Position numbers and translations under genes: made by a program | Source: Escherichia phage vB_Ec-M-J | Length of the DNA stretch: 64,000 nt | Sequence record: OQ718158.1 | Strand: one strand, 5' to 3' | The notes under the pieces: model-generated | What the model was told of the DNA's origin: nothing | The model's database searches: none | What the model saw: the letters and a program-made list of their open reading frames with translations, nothing else | Part shown: positions 19,429 through 28,980 of the stretch, in pieces | How the letters are laid out: every line of letters begins with the position of its first letter | Position numbering within the stretch: the stretch's first letter is position 1

Positions 19429-19794
19429 TTGAATAGAAATTTAAAATCATTTCTAGGAACAATAACTAGTACTGATAGTATTGAACTAATATATAGTTCC
19501 ATTGGCTATAGTTACTTAACCAAGCATAATAATACGTCAATAGAGTCTGGCTTTAAAATCAAGCGTCTAATGAAATTGACGGGATTGAGTGCAGAAACTA
19601 TACAAAACGATACAGAAAAGTTATGGAAGATTATAGAATTCATGAATAAAAATATGTCATTTATATATAGAAACTATGATATATTCACTGATGTACGACA
19701 ATTTTATAAGAGTCCATATTCACTTAATGAGAAATATTTCCGACACATGGAATTATGCTCAACTATGGTTGATGAATGGAATTTAGAGGATTAA
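19429..19794 (+). CDS. hypothetical protein
   Basis: Track ORF. Confidence 0.45.
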   Translation: MNRNLKSFLGTITSTDSIELIYSSIGYSYLTKHNNTSIESGFKIKRLMKLTGLSAETIQNDTEKLWKIIEFMNKNMSFIYRNYDIFTDVRQFYKSPYSLNEKYFRHMELCSTMVDEWNLED

Positions 19795-19795
19795 T

Positions 19796-20323
19796 ATGAA
19801 ATACACTGCTCTTAGCCCAACTGATACTAAAGTATGGTTGAGTAATTTGAACAAAACTATTATTTTAACCAAAAAAGTGATATCAACAGCTAATTCATTA
19901 GATGTAAATATCAAGAAGAATGTTCTTAAATATCATCACCGAAGTAAACTTAGTACTTGGTACTCCAATATTTTTTACGGCTTATATGGGATGGATGATA
20001 TTTTAATTGGTACATCATCTGGGTCATGCTTCAGTGCTGGTGGTATGTGCTTTATGGATTTGGGTTTTTCATTATCCGATGAAGAAATCGAGTTTAAACA
20101 ATTCCGTGACAAGTTACTGGGTTCGGGTGATATCAAGTTCTGTACAGAATTAATGGGAGCATGGGACGTTTATGCAGCGAAACCATTTGACATTGAAGAA
20201 TCAGATGTGCTAAACTACCTTCGTGTTCTTAAAATACATTCGAACTGTAAAACCAAATTACAATCCCTAGGAGTATATGATGAAACACTTGACGTGGTTG
20301 AAGATAGCCGAAGTCGTGGCTGA
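19796..20323 (+). CDS. hypothetical protein
   Basis: Track ORF; AGAGGA RBS. Confidence 0.5.
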   Translation: MKYTALSPTDTKVWLSNLNKTIILTKKVISTANSLDVNIKKNVLKYHHRSKLSTWYSNIFYGLYGMDDILIGTSSGSCFSAGGMCFMDLGFSLSDEEIEFKQFRDKLLGSGDIKFCTELMGAWDVYAAKPFDIEESDVLNYLRVLKIHSNCKTKLQSLGVYDETLDVVEDSRSRG

Positions 20324-20759
20324 AGAGAGTAAATGCATTTCACAGAAAGTTGGTTGTGTTATTGTTAAAAATAACCGAGTATTGAGTACTGGTTATAATG
20401 GCACTCCATCTAAACAACCTAACTGCTGTGACGCTAATGAGCACTTAGTTAATGGTGGACGTTTCCAAGACTGGGTTAGCGATGACGCAAAGCATGAACA
20501 CCATGAATGGAGTAATATCCATGAAATCCATGCTGAAATGAATGCATTGTTATACAGTTCACCTACCGAACGTCAGGGAGCAACACTTTACACAACGCTG
20601 CAACCATGCTATACTTGTTCTAAGTTGATCGCGGGAAGTGGTATTGCTCGCGTGATTTATCACAAAAGTTATCCTCGCACTCCACCAGAAGCTATTAAAG
20701 TACTGGAAGATGCTGGGATTATTGTAAATTGCATTTATGATAAGGGGTTGGGACTTTGA
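20277..20759 (+). CDS. cd: dCMP deaminase (cytidine/deoxycytidylate deaminase zinc-binding domain)
   Basis: HAEMNAL and PCYTCSKLI zinc-binding motifs. Confidence 0.8.
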   Translation: MMKHLTWLKIAEVVAEESKCISQKVGCVIVKNNRVLSTGYNGTPSKQPNCCDANEHLVNGGRFQDWVSDDAKHEHHEWSNIHEIHAEMNALLYSSPTERQGATLYTTLQPCYTCSKLIAGSGIARVIYHKSYPRTPPEAIKVLEDAGIIVNCIYDKGLGL

Positions 20760-21016
20760 CTTTCTTGATTTTAGGTATCCCATTTGCAGTTGTGATTCTT
20801 GTACTTTTAGTGATGATGGTATTAAATGATAATACTACTCCACCAGTGATGCGTAATCATGAAGTACGATTTTCAGCACAAAACAACAAGTACTACATTG
20901 TAAATTGTTTAACTTGTAAAGAGTATAAAGTAACTGGTAAATTTGGTTTTACCATTTATTATAAAGACCGTGTTGAAGCTGACATGATTTGTCAGAAACT
21001 TAATACGGTAGAATAA
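20756..21016 (+). CDS. small membrane-anchored protein
   Basis: N-terminal hydrophobic helix; track ORF. Confidence 0.45.
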   Translation: MTFLILGIPFAVVILVLLVMMVLNDNTTPPVMRNHEVRFSAQNNKYYIVNCLTCKEYKVTGKFGFTIYYKDRVEADMICQKLNTVE

Positions 21017-21050
21017 AAAAAAAAGGAGCCATAAGGCTCCTTTTTCTTTT
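21014..21050. terminator. rho-independent terminator (A-run/T-run flanked)
   Basis: AAAAAAAAA-GGAGCC-ATAA-GGCTCC-TTTTTCTTTT. Confidence 0.75.
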
Positions 21051-21137
21051 GTTAGTACACAACTTGTTTGAATTTCAGGAAAACTCTTAGATCCAACAAC
21101 GAGTTCAGTACTACCACGTTATTTGTTGACAAAAGCA

Positions 21138-21165
21138 TAGACATTATACATTAGTGTGATATAAT
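21138..21165 (+). promoter_or_regulatory. sigma70-like promoter, extended -10
   Basis: TAGACA 21138-21143, 16-bp spacer, TGtGATATAAT with TATAAT at 21160-21165. Confidence 0.5.
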
Positions 21166-21233
21166 CATTCAAAAGAAGGTAAAAAGGTGGGATGATTCTG
21201 CGAGGGAATTTGTGAAGTGATATAAAAAACAAT

Positions 21234-21260
21234 TTGACTTAAGTTAAATCTTCCTATAAT
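21234..21260 (+). promoter_or_regulatory. sigma70-like promoter
   Basis: TTGACT 21234-21239, 15-bp spacer, TATAAT 21255-21260. Confidence 0.5.
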
Positions 21261-21300
21261 ATTATTTATGTAATCAACAATCAACTAAGAGGGTTAACCA

Positions 21301-21909
21301 GTGGTACGATTATGTAAAGAAATCATCCAATCTATTATTATTATTTTCTTAATTAACTTTCCTGCAAGTGCAGGTGTTGAAAGAAAAAGTATCATTAGAT
21401 ATGATGAATCTAAACAGACAGTTCAGTTCATTTCAACTTTAACTGAAAATACTGTAAACCGTTTGATGGTTTTTAGAGAAACACACCCATTTGACACTAT
21501 CATCATTACGTCACCTGGTGGTGATTTTGATGCGGGAGTGGCACTAGGAAATTTTGTCAATGATAACAATTTAACAATTATTGTTGAAAGATATTGTAAT
21601 TCTTCTTGCACTATCGCATTCTTTAGTGCTAATATAGAAAACAGATACATGATGAAGGACTCAATTCTAGGTCTACATAATGTGTCAATCGAAAGTAAAG
21701 CACGAAATAGTGATGACACATACATATCAGTTCGCCAAATGACTATTTTTGCTGAACAGCTATCAACTAAGGTTGGTGTTCTATTTGCGTTATATGCAGC
21801 GAATGGTATTCCTCCAGAATTGTTAGTGGAGGTTAGTAAGGTTCGTGGTAATGAAGTTGTGAGACTTACACCAGATCAGTTGCTCGAATTAGGTAGTATC
21901 ATTCATTAG
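21301..21909 (+). CDS. putative secreted ClpP/SppA-fold serine peptidase-like protein
   Basis: Hydrophobic signal-like N-terminus (IIIIFLINFPASA); ClpP-like ITSPGGDFDAG motif; GTG start with AGAGGG RBS. Confidence 0.5.
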   Translation: MVRLCKEIIQSIIIIFLINFPASAGVERKSIIRYDESKQTVQFISTLTENTVNRLMVFRETHPFDTIIITSPGGDFDAGVALGNFVNDNNLTIIVERYCNSSCTIAFFSANIENRYMMKDSILGLHNVSIESKARNSDDTYISVRQMTIFAEQLSTKVGVLFALYAANGIPPELLVEVSKVRGNEVVRLTPDQLLELGSIIH

Positions 21910-22001
21910 TATTAGATACAAAATAATAATATTATAATAAGAGGATGATAAAGTGGTACATCCTTTGTTATAAGTTCACATACACTAGGAGTGTATAAAC
22001 T

Positions 22002-22262
22002 ATGACAAATTTACAAAACTTAACATCTCTTGTTTTTTATGCAACAACTATTGTATATTGCATTACATTAGTTTTAACATGTTTCATCTATAAAGACTAC
22101 AAACGTGGTTTTATGGATTCCAGTACACACAAATTTGCATCCAAGTTAGAAGCAGGAATTTACTATGTTCTATCAATTTCTTATGGAGCATGTTTACTTA
22201 CACTAGGGTTGCTGATATACTGGTTGTATACGGCACTTTTTGCACAAGGAGTTATTTCATGA
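22002..22262 (+). CDS. small membrane protein
   Basis: Two hydrophobic helices; AGGAG RBS. Confidence 0.45.
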   Translation: MTNLQNLTSLVFYATTIVYCITLVLTCFIYKDYKRGFMDSSTHKFASKLEAGIYYVLSISYGACLLTLGLLIYWLYTALFAQGVIS

Positions 22263-22852
22263 CTTGTATTATCGCTCACACAAATGGCACATCTTCCTTC
22301 ATCGCTGGTGATAAATTAGGAAGCAATGGTTTCACTAAAGCAGTTCAAACTGAGCCTAAAGTGTTTGAGAAAGAGTTCATTAAACTCAATGAGGATGGTC
22401 TTTCTCGCACTAAAGAAGTAATGGCGTTGGGGTATACTACCTCGTTCCGCATGGGACAGTTGTTGAATTACAACCTAACTCTACCAGAACAAGTTGCAGG
22501 GGAAACCTTTTCACAGTATCTAGTACTGAAAGTTATTCCTATCATTCGTCAAATGTTTAAAGATGAATGGGGTGCTCGTGATGCATCACAAGATGTTGGT
22601 GGTGGTCAGTTCATTATTCTTCATAATCATACGATTTATGAAGTTCAAGAAGACTTTTCAGTACTGCAACCTAAAACACAAATTACTGCTGTCGGAAGTG
22701 GGACTTATCATGCAATTGCATCCATGTCAGCGTATATTGAAGTTCAAGAAGAAACCAATGTTCAGTTACATGAACGTGTTGAGTCTATTTTCAAAATTGT
22801 TAGTGATAATGTAACAAGTGTTAGTCCAGAGTTTGATATTTTGAAATACTGA
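22259..22852 (+). CDS. HslV-like Ntn-hydrolase (proteasome beta-subunit-like) peptidase
   Basis: After Met, N-terminal Thr (TCIIA..NG...IAGD) as in HslV; C-terminal AVGSGTYHA resembles HslV GSGG; AAGGAG RBS 7 nt upstream of ATG 22259. Confidence 0.55.
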   Translation: MTCIIAHTNGTSSFIAGDKLGSNGFTKAVQTEPKVFEKEFIKLNEDGLSRTKEVMALGYTTSFRMGQLLNYNLTLPEQVAGETFSQYLVLKVIPIIRQMFKDEWGARDASQDVGGGQFIILHNHTIYEVQEDFSVLQPKTQITAVGSGTYHAIASMSAYIEVQEETNVQLHERVESIFKIVSDNVTSVSPEFDILKY

Positions 22853-22883
22853 GAATAATAATTATAAAGAGAGAGTGTATCTG

Positions 22884-23075
22884 ATGGCATACATAATTTA
22901 CGAGTGGATTTTTTGTTTCATAGTTGTGTTTATTTGTGTGGTGTTATACAATCACACTAAATGTTTATACCGAGAATTCAGGAATGGTAATAAACATGGA
23001 CACAATAAGTGGATGTATGTCTATCATATTGCTATCATTGTATTTTTAGTATTAAACTTGATACTTTTTATATAA
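22884..23075 (+). CDS. small membrane protein
   Basis: Hydrophobic ORF; ATG at 22884 after an AG-rich RBS. Confidence 0.4.
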   Translation: MAYIIYEWIFCFIVVFICVVLYNHTKCLYREFRNGNKHGHNKWMYVYHIAIIVFLVLNLILFI

Positions 23076-23084
23076 GGAGTAAAT

Positions 23085-23837
23085 GTGATATCAGATAAAT
23101 TTATACAAAATGCTGGGAACAAAAGATTACTTATAATTTCAGGGGCAGGTCTTTCAGTTGAGAGCGGGATGGAACCATTCCGCTTTGATGATGGGTTGTG
23201 GGACAATTTCAAAATTAATGATGTTTGTAACATTGCACGACTTAGTTCTAAGTATCATGTAGTTCATTCATTTTATAATACATTGCGTGTAAAATTAGGT
23301 GAATGTCATCCTAATGAAATGCATTACTTTATTAAATCATTAGAAGATTTGTATGGTGATTGTTTTTTACACATGACTTCTAATATGGATGATCTATATA
23401 CTAGAATTGGTGGAACCGAACTCAAACTACACGGCAATTTATGTGAAGTAATTGAGAACTTTTCTATTAATACCGATGATTACAATGTCATTAATTGTGG
23501 TTATGAACCATATATTCCTAAAGCTGATGTTTTTGCAAAACCAAATGTAGTGATGATTGGTGAGTATCATCGCTACGTTGATGGGGTACGTCTCCCCATT
23601 TATGAAGAACGAAATGAAGTGTTGAAAAGTCTCACAGAAAATGATACAGTTGTAGTTATTGGAAGTAGTGATACAGTACTGGTATGGTCCAGACTAGCTG
23701 GTGCACTTCCATGCTATAGTGTAAATGTTAACATCCGAAAAAATGATAATGATTTTCTTTTTAATGAGAAGGTCATCAAACCTGCGACGAAAGCAATTCC
23801 ACAGATTGAAACTATAATTAAGGAACGAATGCGATGA
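23085..23837 (+). CDS. Sir2-family (sirtuin-like) NAD-dependent deacylase/ADP-ribosyltransferase
   Basis: GAGLSVESG..FR..GLW; TSNMD (TQNID-like); VVVIGSS; GTG start with AAGGAG RBS. Confidence 0.7.
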   Translation: MISDKFIQNAGNKRLLIISGAGLSVESGMEPFRFDDGLWDNFKINDVCNIARLSSKYHVVHSFYNTLRVKLGECHPNEMHYFIKSLEDLYGDCFLHMTSNMDDLYTRIGGTELKLHGNLCEVIENFSINTDDYNVINCGYEPYIPKADVFAKPNVVMIGEYHRYVDGVRLPIYEERNEVLKSLTENDTVVVIGSSDTVLVWSRLAGALPCYSVNVNIRKNDNDFLFNEKVIKPATKAIPQIETIIKERMR

Positions 23838-24385
23838 GTAAAGCGGAAGTACCACTGGGGCAAATGGGGAAACGTGCAAATTTTGTATTCTGTTTCTTTT
23901 ATGCAAAAGAATGTACCCCATACGCTGGTTATGAACTAAATGATATCCCAGTGGTTAACTTAGTACTCCTACAAGTGCGTTGGGATGGATTGTTGGGTGC
24001 ATGTGGTGGAACAGTTGAAAGTACTGATAAGTCATTAGAAGATGCGTTACAGCGTGAAGTTCAAGAAGAAATGAACTATATCATTGACAAAAGTCGCCTG
24101 TCTCCATTAAAATCACTTGAATTGTTTCCAGAGGGACACTCACATAGCTATAGTTATGAAATGACTTATGCTGAACTTAAAAAACTTCGTGATAATTATG
24201 CATATGGCAAACATGCTAGTGCAGAGGTGGCTGGTGTAAATTTATGTCACATCTCTCGTTATTCGAAGGGACAAAATCGAGAAGCAGGATATAATAATCT
24301 TATGACACAGAACTTCATCGGAACTGCGAAACAAGAATTAGAGTATCTTGTACAAAAAGAAAACTTACTAATCAGCTATCTATAG
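23834..24385 (+). CDS. Nudix-fold hydrolase-like protein
   Basis: Near-canonical Nudix box GGTVE..x..ALQREVQEE with one extra residue. Confidence 0.5.
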   Translation: MSKAEVPLGQMGKRANFVFCFFYAKECTPYAGYELNDIPVVNLVLLQVRWDGLLGACGGTVESTDKSLEDALQREVQEEMNYIIDKSRLSPLKSLELFPEGHSHSYSYEMTYAELKKLRDNYAYGKHASAEVAGVNLCHISRYSKGQNREAGYNNLMTQNFIGTAKQELEYLVQKENLLISYL

Positions 24386-24394
24386 GAGTTTAAA

Positions 24395-24715
24395 ATGTCG
24401 TACTCAATGTTCTTGGATGATATTCGTGATTATCAAAAATATTATCCTGACCAAGAGATGGTATTGTGTCGTGACTACGAAAGTGCATGTGAATACGTAA
24501 TCAAAAATGGAATTCCAGCATTTGTCTCATTTGACCATGACTTGGGTGACTTGAGTACAGATGAGAAAACGGGATACACTTTTGCCAAATTTCTAATTGA
24601 TTATATGTTTGAGCATAATATTAAAGAACCATTTAAATACTATGTACATAGTAGTAATCCAGTAGGGAAAGTTAATATTGAAACTTACTTAACTAATGGA
24701 TTTAATGCACTATGA
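24395..24715 (+). CDS. hypothetical protein
   Basis: Track ORF; TAGGAG RBS. Confidence 0.5.
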   Translation: MSYSMFLDDIRDYQKYYPDQEMVLCRDYESACEYVIKNGIPAFVSFDHDLGDLSTDEKTGYTFAKFLIDYMFEHNIKEPFKYYVHSSNPVGKVNIETYLTNGFNAL

Positions 24716-25014
24716 TTTCAACACATATCAAGAGTCTTATTTGCACAACACTGTTAGGTATAGGTGTTCTATGGTTCAGTTCATATCATGAGAACACTAA
24801 ACGTTACAATATTCATTACAATGCAGCGACTGTAACAGGATTAGGTCAATGTAATGAAAATAAATGCTCATTTACTTATAAAACCAGTACTGGTGAAGTT
24901 CGTAATGGGTTATCAAGAGATCCAGTATCAATTGGTCAACTAGTTTACCAGGAATGCTGGGAGGAAAAGGCTCGTGGTTCAAGATGTTATGTTGAATACG
25001 AACCGAGCATGTAA
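24712..25014 (+). CDS. membrane-anchored hypothetical protein
   Basis: N-terminal TM helix; ATGA overlap. Confidence 0.5.
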   Translation: MISTHIKSLICTTLLGIGVLWFSSYHENTKRYNIHYNAATVTGLGQCNENKCSFTYKTSTGEVRNGLSRDPVSIGQLVYQECWEEKARGSRCYVEYEPSM

Positions 25015-25075
25015 TATTCCGAGTCACTAACCATTAGTCGAGTACAAGGATGTACTCATAACTCAAGGATGTTTT

Positions 25076-26515
25076 ATGAAAAAATATACAATTGACACAA
25101 ACGTACTACTATCTGATCCAAATGCTACCATTGCTTTTGATGGAGCAGCTATCATTCTACCGTTCACAGTACTTGAAGAATTGGATTCAATTAAAAGTCG
25201 TAATGTGGATGTTTCCCGTGATGCTCGTGTTGCAATCCGTAACATTGAAGCTATCCTTTCTGATGCATCACATGAAGAAATTAGTAGTACTGGTGTTAAT
25301 ATTGCTGATGTTCATACTAATATGAGTCCTGAAAGCAAATTGTTTGTTATTACAAGCGAAGAAGCTGAAGCACTAATTCGTACTGCTGGTAACGAAGAGA
25401 AAGTTCAAACTCTTCTAAAAAGCACAGTACCAGATGATAAAATCATTTTAGTAGCATTAGCAACTGATTCAGTACTGGTTACCCGTGATATCAATATGCG
25501 TATCAAGGCTCTAAGCTACGGGGTGGAAGTTCAAGATTATCGTCATGATATCGTGATTGGTGATAGTGATTTGATTCACATTGGTCAACATCACCTTGAC
25601 CTACATTTCTGGGATGTGTATAGTAATCTGACTGATGTATCTATTCAGTCTGAACAAGTTGGTCGTCGTTTGTACCACTACATTCCAAAAAGCTTGATTG
25701 AACATATCATGCCACAAAATATTTGCATCGGTGATTACCTATATGATAATGCTGATGTTCTATTTGTGTACGAAGGTCAATCTGCAATTGAAGAAGATGA
25801 TGGTACTTTAACACCAGAAGATATTCTTGTATTCCAAGATATTGGACAATCTGTTGCTCTACGTGCTAAAGTGTGGGATATTAAGGCTAAGAATATTCAA
25901 CAAGCACTAGCAATCAACAGTATCCTAGATCCTGATGTTCATCTAACAGTACTGTTAGGTTCAGCAGGTACTGGTAAAACACTAATCACCATTGCAACTG
26001 CACTAGAGTTAGTTCTAGAGAAGAAAAAATACGACCGTATCATCTTCTCCAAAACACAAGATTCCCAATTCGAAGACATTGGTTTCTTGCCTGGTTCTGA
26101 AGCAGAGAAAGTGATTCCTTTCTGTGGTGCGGCAATCGATGCGTTGGAATTCCTACACAAAGATGATGCTAACCCACAAGGCAGTATCGAAGAAATCATG
26201 AAACGCAATGTTATCCAATTCAAAGCACTAAACTTCGTTCGTGGTCGTTCTTTCACAAATACTATCCTAGTAGTTGATGAATTCCAGAACATCACACCTG
26301 CTCAGGCAAAAACAATCTTGACTCGTGCAGGGATGAACTGTAAAGTGGTTATTATGGGCAACTTGAGCCAGATTGACTCTAAATTCATTAGTCCAGTAAA
26401 CAGCGGCCTAACTTATGTTACCGAGAAGTTCAAGAACTGGGACGGCTGTCGTGTAATCGAACTAGAAGGTGTCGTTCGTTCACCACTAGCAGAATTTGCA
26501 GAAGAAAATATGTAA
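25076..26515 (+). CDS. phoH: PhoH-like ATPase with N-terminal PIN domain
   Basis: Walker A LLGSAGTGKT, Walker B VVDEFQN; N-terminal PIN-like acidic residues. Confidence 0.85.
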   Translation: MKKYTIDTNVLLSDPNATIAFDGAAIILPFTVLEELDSIKSRNVDVSRDARVAIRNIEAILSDASHEEISSTGVNIADVHTNMSPESKLFVITSEEAEALIRTAGNEEKVQTLLKSTVPDDKIILVALATDSVLVTRDINMRIKALSYGVEVQDYRHDIVIGDSDLIHIGQHHLDLHFWDVYSNLTDVSIQSEQVGRRLYHYIPKSLIEHIMPQNICIGDYLYDNADVLFVYEGQSAIEEDDGTLTPEDILVFQDIGQSVALRAKVWDIKAKNIQQALAINSILDPDVHLTVLLGSAGTGKTLITIATALELVLEKKKYDRIIFSKTQDSQFEDIGFLPGSEAEKVIPFCGAAIDALEFLHKDDANPQGSIEEIMKRNVIQFKALNFVRGRSFTNTILVVDEFQNITPAQAKTILTRAGMNCKVVIMGNLSQIDSKFISPVNSGLTYVTEKFKNWDGCRVIELEGVVRSPLAEFAEENM

Positions 26516-26523
26516 TAATGTGT

Positions 26524-26551
26524 GGGACATTCGTCCCATACATGATATAAT
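26524..26551 (+). promoter_or_regulatory. sigma70-like promoter, extended -10
   Basis: GGGACA 26524-26529, 16-bp spacer, TGaTATAAT with TATAAT at 26546-26551. Confidence 0.55.
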
Positions 26552-26581
26552 AATATTGTTAACAACAAAGGAGAAATACTC

Positions 26582-26779
26582 ATGGCAAAGCAACCTAAGA
26601 AAAAAGAACCAGTAGCAAAAGTTAAGAAAGTTAAAGTTATTCAATCTAAAGAACAACGTAATTACGAACTACGTAAAGCAGAAACCCTATCAGGTCTTCA
26701 AGCTCTACGTAAACAAGGTGTTCTAACTCGTGCTCAATACCGTGAGATCGTAGCACAAAAAGGTTATTGGTCCATTTGA
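26582..26779 (+). CDS. small basic protein
   Basis: Lys-rich 65-aa ORF; AAAGGAG RBS. Confidence 0.5.
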   Translation: MAKQPKKKEPVAKVKKVKVIQSKEQRNYELRKAETLSGLQALRKQGVLTRAQYREIVAQKGYWSI

Positions 26780-26873
26780 GGCAATAAACTGGAGTTCATG
26801 ATAAATACTTTCATAAGAATAATAATACTTTTTATTAATTTAAAAAGAACTCCATGTGTTATTTCAGTTTTTC

Positions 26874-26903
26874 ATCCCTGTCTTTTGGCAGGGATTTTTT
26901 CTT
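26874..26903 (+). terminator. rho-independent terminator
   Basis: ATCCCTG-TCTTTTGG-CAGGGAT followed by TTTTTTCTTTC. Confidence 0.7.
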
Positions 26904-26995
26904 TCTAGATATTGACAAAAGGATTAAACCATGAGAACATGTAGTAAAGGAAGAATGACATTCCATTAGGTTAGTTTAACTTAAAGGAGAAATAT

Positions 26996-27553
26996 ATGTT
27001 TTTTGACCAAACATTTACGTTGTACCATGATTCAGGTAAAGTTGAGATTATTGATAATCTGTTAGAGTACATTGCGGAACATGACGGTATAGACCGTTTC
27101 CACAGTAAGATGAAATTCGATTTAGCTGAATTCAACAAAAAGAATCGTGAAACATTTTGGAAGAACCGTTTCTATTACGAAATGTATCCAGAAAAGTTCG
27201 TAGGTTATTATCTTTGTACTGAAAAAGGATTACTTGTATCTCCTGATTTACTTATGGGTGAATACATGATACTCTATAATGAGTACTGGGAACATAAGCG
27301 TAATGCTCGTGACACTGAATGGCGACACAAGCGTTCGTATATGTACAAACATAACCACTCCAGATACAAACGTCCTAAGACCCAACAAGAGCGTCGTATG
27401 GCTTGTGCAGTACTGAAGGATGAGGGGGAACCTGAAATACGTGGAAGACGTAAGATGCGTTCATTGCCATCGTATTGGGATGATATCAGAACAAGACACA
27501 GTACTGGCTGGAAATACAGTACAAAACGTAAACATCAATACAAAGGGAGCTAA
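26996..27553 (+). CDS. hypothetical protein (basic C-terminus)
   Basis: Track ORF; AAAGGAG RBS. Confidence 0.55.
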   Translation: MFFDQTFTLYHDSGKVEIIDNLLEYIAEHDGIDRFHSKMKFDLAEFNKKNRETFWKNRFYYEMYPEKFVGYYLCTEKGLLVSPDLLMGEYMILYNEYWEHKRNARDTEWRHKRSYMYKHNHSRYKRPKTQQERRMACAVLKDEGEPEIRGRRKMRSLPSYWDDIRTRHSTGWKYSTKRKHQYKGS

Positions 27554-27570
27554 TGCTCCCTAATTTTATA
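27545..27570 (+). terminator. possible terminator hairpin
   Basis: GGGAGC-TAAT-GCTCCC straddling the stop codon, then TAATTTTATA; weak T-run. Confidence 0.35.
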
Positions 27571-27580
27571 GGTGAACTTT

Positions 27581-27910
27581 ATGAACAAAATTGACGTTAC
27601 TGTAGTGATTGGTTATATTGAAATTGAACCGTGTGGCATTGATACCTTTATTGACACTCTTAATAAGTATCGTGCTGAATATGACGGTCACATTAGTCTT
27701 TCACCAGACAGTGGTTACGGCGGTTTTCATGGATACAATGTAATTTGGACCAGAGAAGAAACTGACGAAGAATACCATGCACGAATTGAAGCTGAATCTA
27801 AAAGACGTGAAGAAATTGAACGTCAAGAAATGAAACACTTGATGAACAAGAAATCATTAAGTACCGAAGAGAAATCTAAACTTTTAAAATACATCAAGGA
27901 TTACATGTAA
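27581..27910 (+). CDS. hypothetical protein
   Basis: ATG at 27581 within track ORF 27572..27910. Confidence 0.5.
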   Translation: MNKIDVTVVIGYIEIEPCGIDTFIDTLNKYRAEYDGHISLSPDSGYGGFHGYNVIWTREETDEEYHARIEAESKRREEIERQEMKHLMNKKSLSTEEKSKLLKYIKDYM

Positions 27911-28557
27911 TGAAAAATGTATCACAAGAAAAGATTCTGTACCTTGCAAAGTACAATGGTGGATTTAATATTACCAGTTGTGAATATCATGGTAACATGG
28001 CTAAAATGATTGACGAGCTACTAGAAGGTAAAATGCTCCGTTGGGAGACAAATGACCTTTGGTACGAATATGCGGGTCAACAATGGGAAAGTGACTACGA
28101 TAATGCAATTCATACGTATACAATTACTAAAAGTGGTGAAGTACGTTTGGCTATCATGCGTTGTGCTTACACTTACAAAAATTTCAAAGATGAAGAAAAG
28201 CATATTCGCCGAAATGAAGAGTTAGTACACCTAATGGGTGAAGCTGGCATTACAATGCATGACTTGTTCAATGAACCAAGATGGACTGGGAATCTGACCA
28301 AAGCAGAATACAAAGCATTGCGATACATCCAAGTACCAGAAATCAACAAACCAAAAGAATGTATTGATGATGGTGAACTAAGCCTCAAAAATGTATTTGA
28401 AAGTACCAGTACTGAAAGTATTGCTGATCTTTCAGTTCAGATGGCTATCAAAGCTATGGAACTATTCAAAACACAATATGAAGGACACAGTGCTGAAGAA
28501 GTAGAGCGTGAGTTCATTACGCGAGTACAAATTGCATTACATAAATCAAAAAAGTAG
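27910..28557 (+). CDS. hypothetical protein
   Basis: Track ORF. Confidence 0.55.
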   Translation: MKNVSQEKILYLAKYNGGFNITSCEYHGNMAKMIDELLEGKMLRWETNDLWYEYAGQQWESDYDNAIHTYTITKSGEVRLAIMRCAYTYKNFKDEEKHIRRNEELVHLMGEAGITMHDLFNEPRWTGNLTKAEYKALRYIQVPEINKPKECIDDGELSLKNVFESTSTESIADLSVQMAIKAMELFKTQYEGHSAEEVEREFITRVQIALHKSKK

Positions 28558-28563
28558 GTTCAT

Positions 28564-28743
28564 ATGAAAATTTTACTTGTACTAATCGCCGTTCTTATGG
28601 TATTATCTTGTTCAGTTAGTAATGGTTCATACATTTACGTATCAGTATTTGAAGAAGCACCAACGAACTGTGTATTAACTCACACTGGTATTGTGTTAGT
28701 TAATGGTAAACCATCAATCGAGTACTTATGTATAGGTGATTAA
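28564..28743 (+). CDS. small lipoprotein (59 aa)
   Basis: Own translation MKILLVLIAVLMVLSCS...; lipobox LSC; below track cutoff. Confidence 0.4.
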   Translation: MKILLVLIAVLMVLSCSVSNGSYIYVSVFEEAPTNCVLTHTGIVLVNGKPSIEYLCIGD

Positions 28744-28746
28744 ATT

Positions 28747-28980
28747 ATGAAATTTATTTCTATTGCAATTGTTTCAGCACTCATGATGTTAGTAACAGGC
28801 TGTGCATCTAAAGTTCAGGAGGCTGATGCAGAGTTCATTCGCCAGAATTTGACTAAACTTAACTACGATGGCACATTGTATGCTTGCCATGAGATGCGTC
28901 ATGGGCAAGATCTTAATCTCATGTGCAGGAAGATTGTGAATCGCAAACGTCTTAATACTGTTCCGAAGGATGCACAATGA
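28747..28980 (+). CDS. small lipoprotein
   Basis: Signal peptide with lipobox VTGC. Confidence 0.5.
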   Translation: MKFISIAIVSALMMLVTGCASKVQEADAEFIRQNLTKLNYDGTLYACHEMRHGQDLNLMCRKIVNRKRLNTVPKDAQ

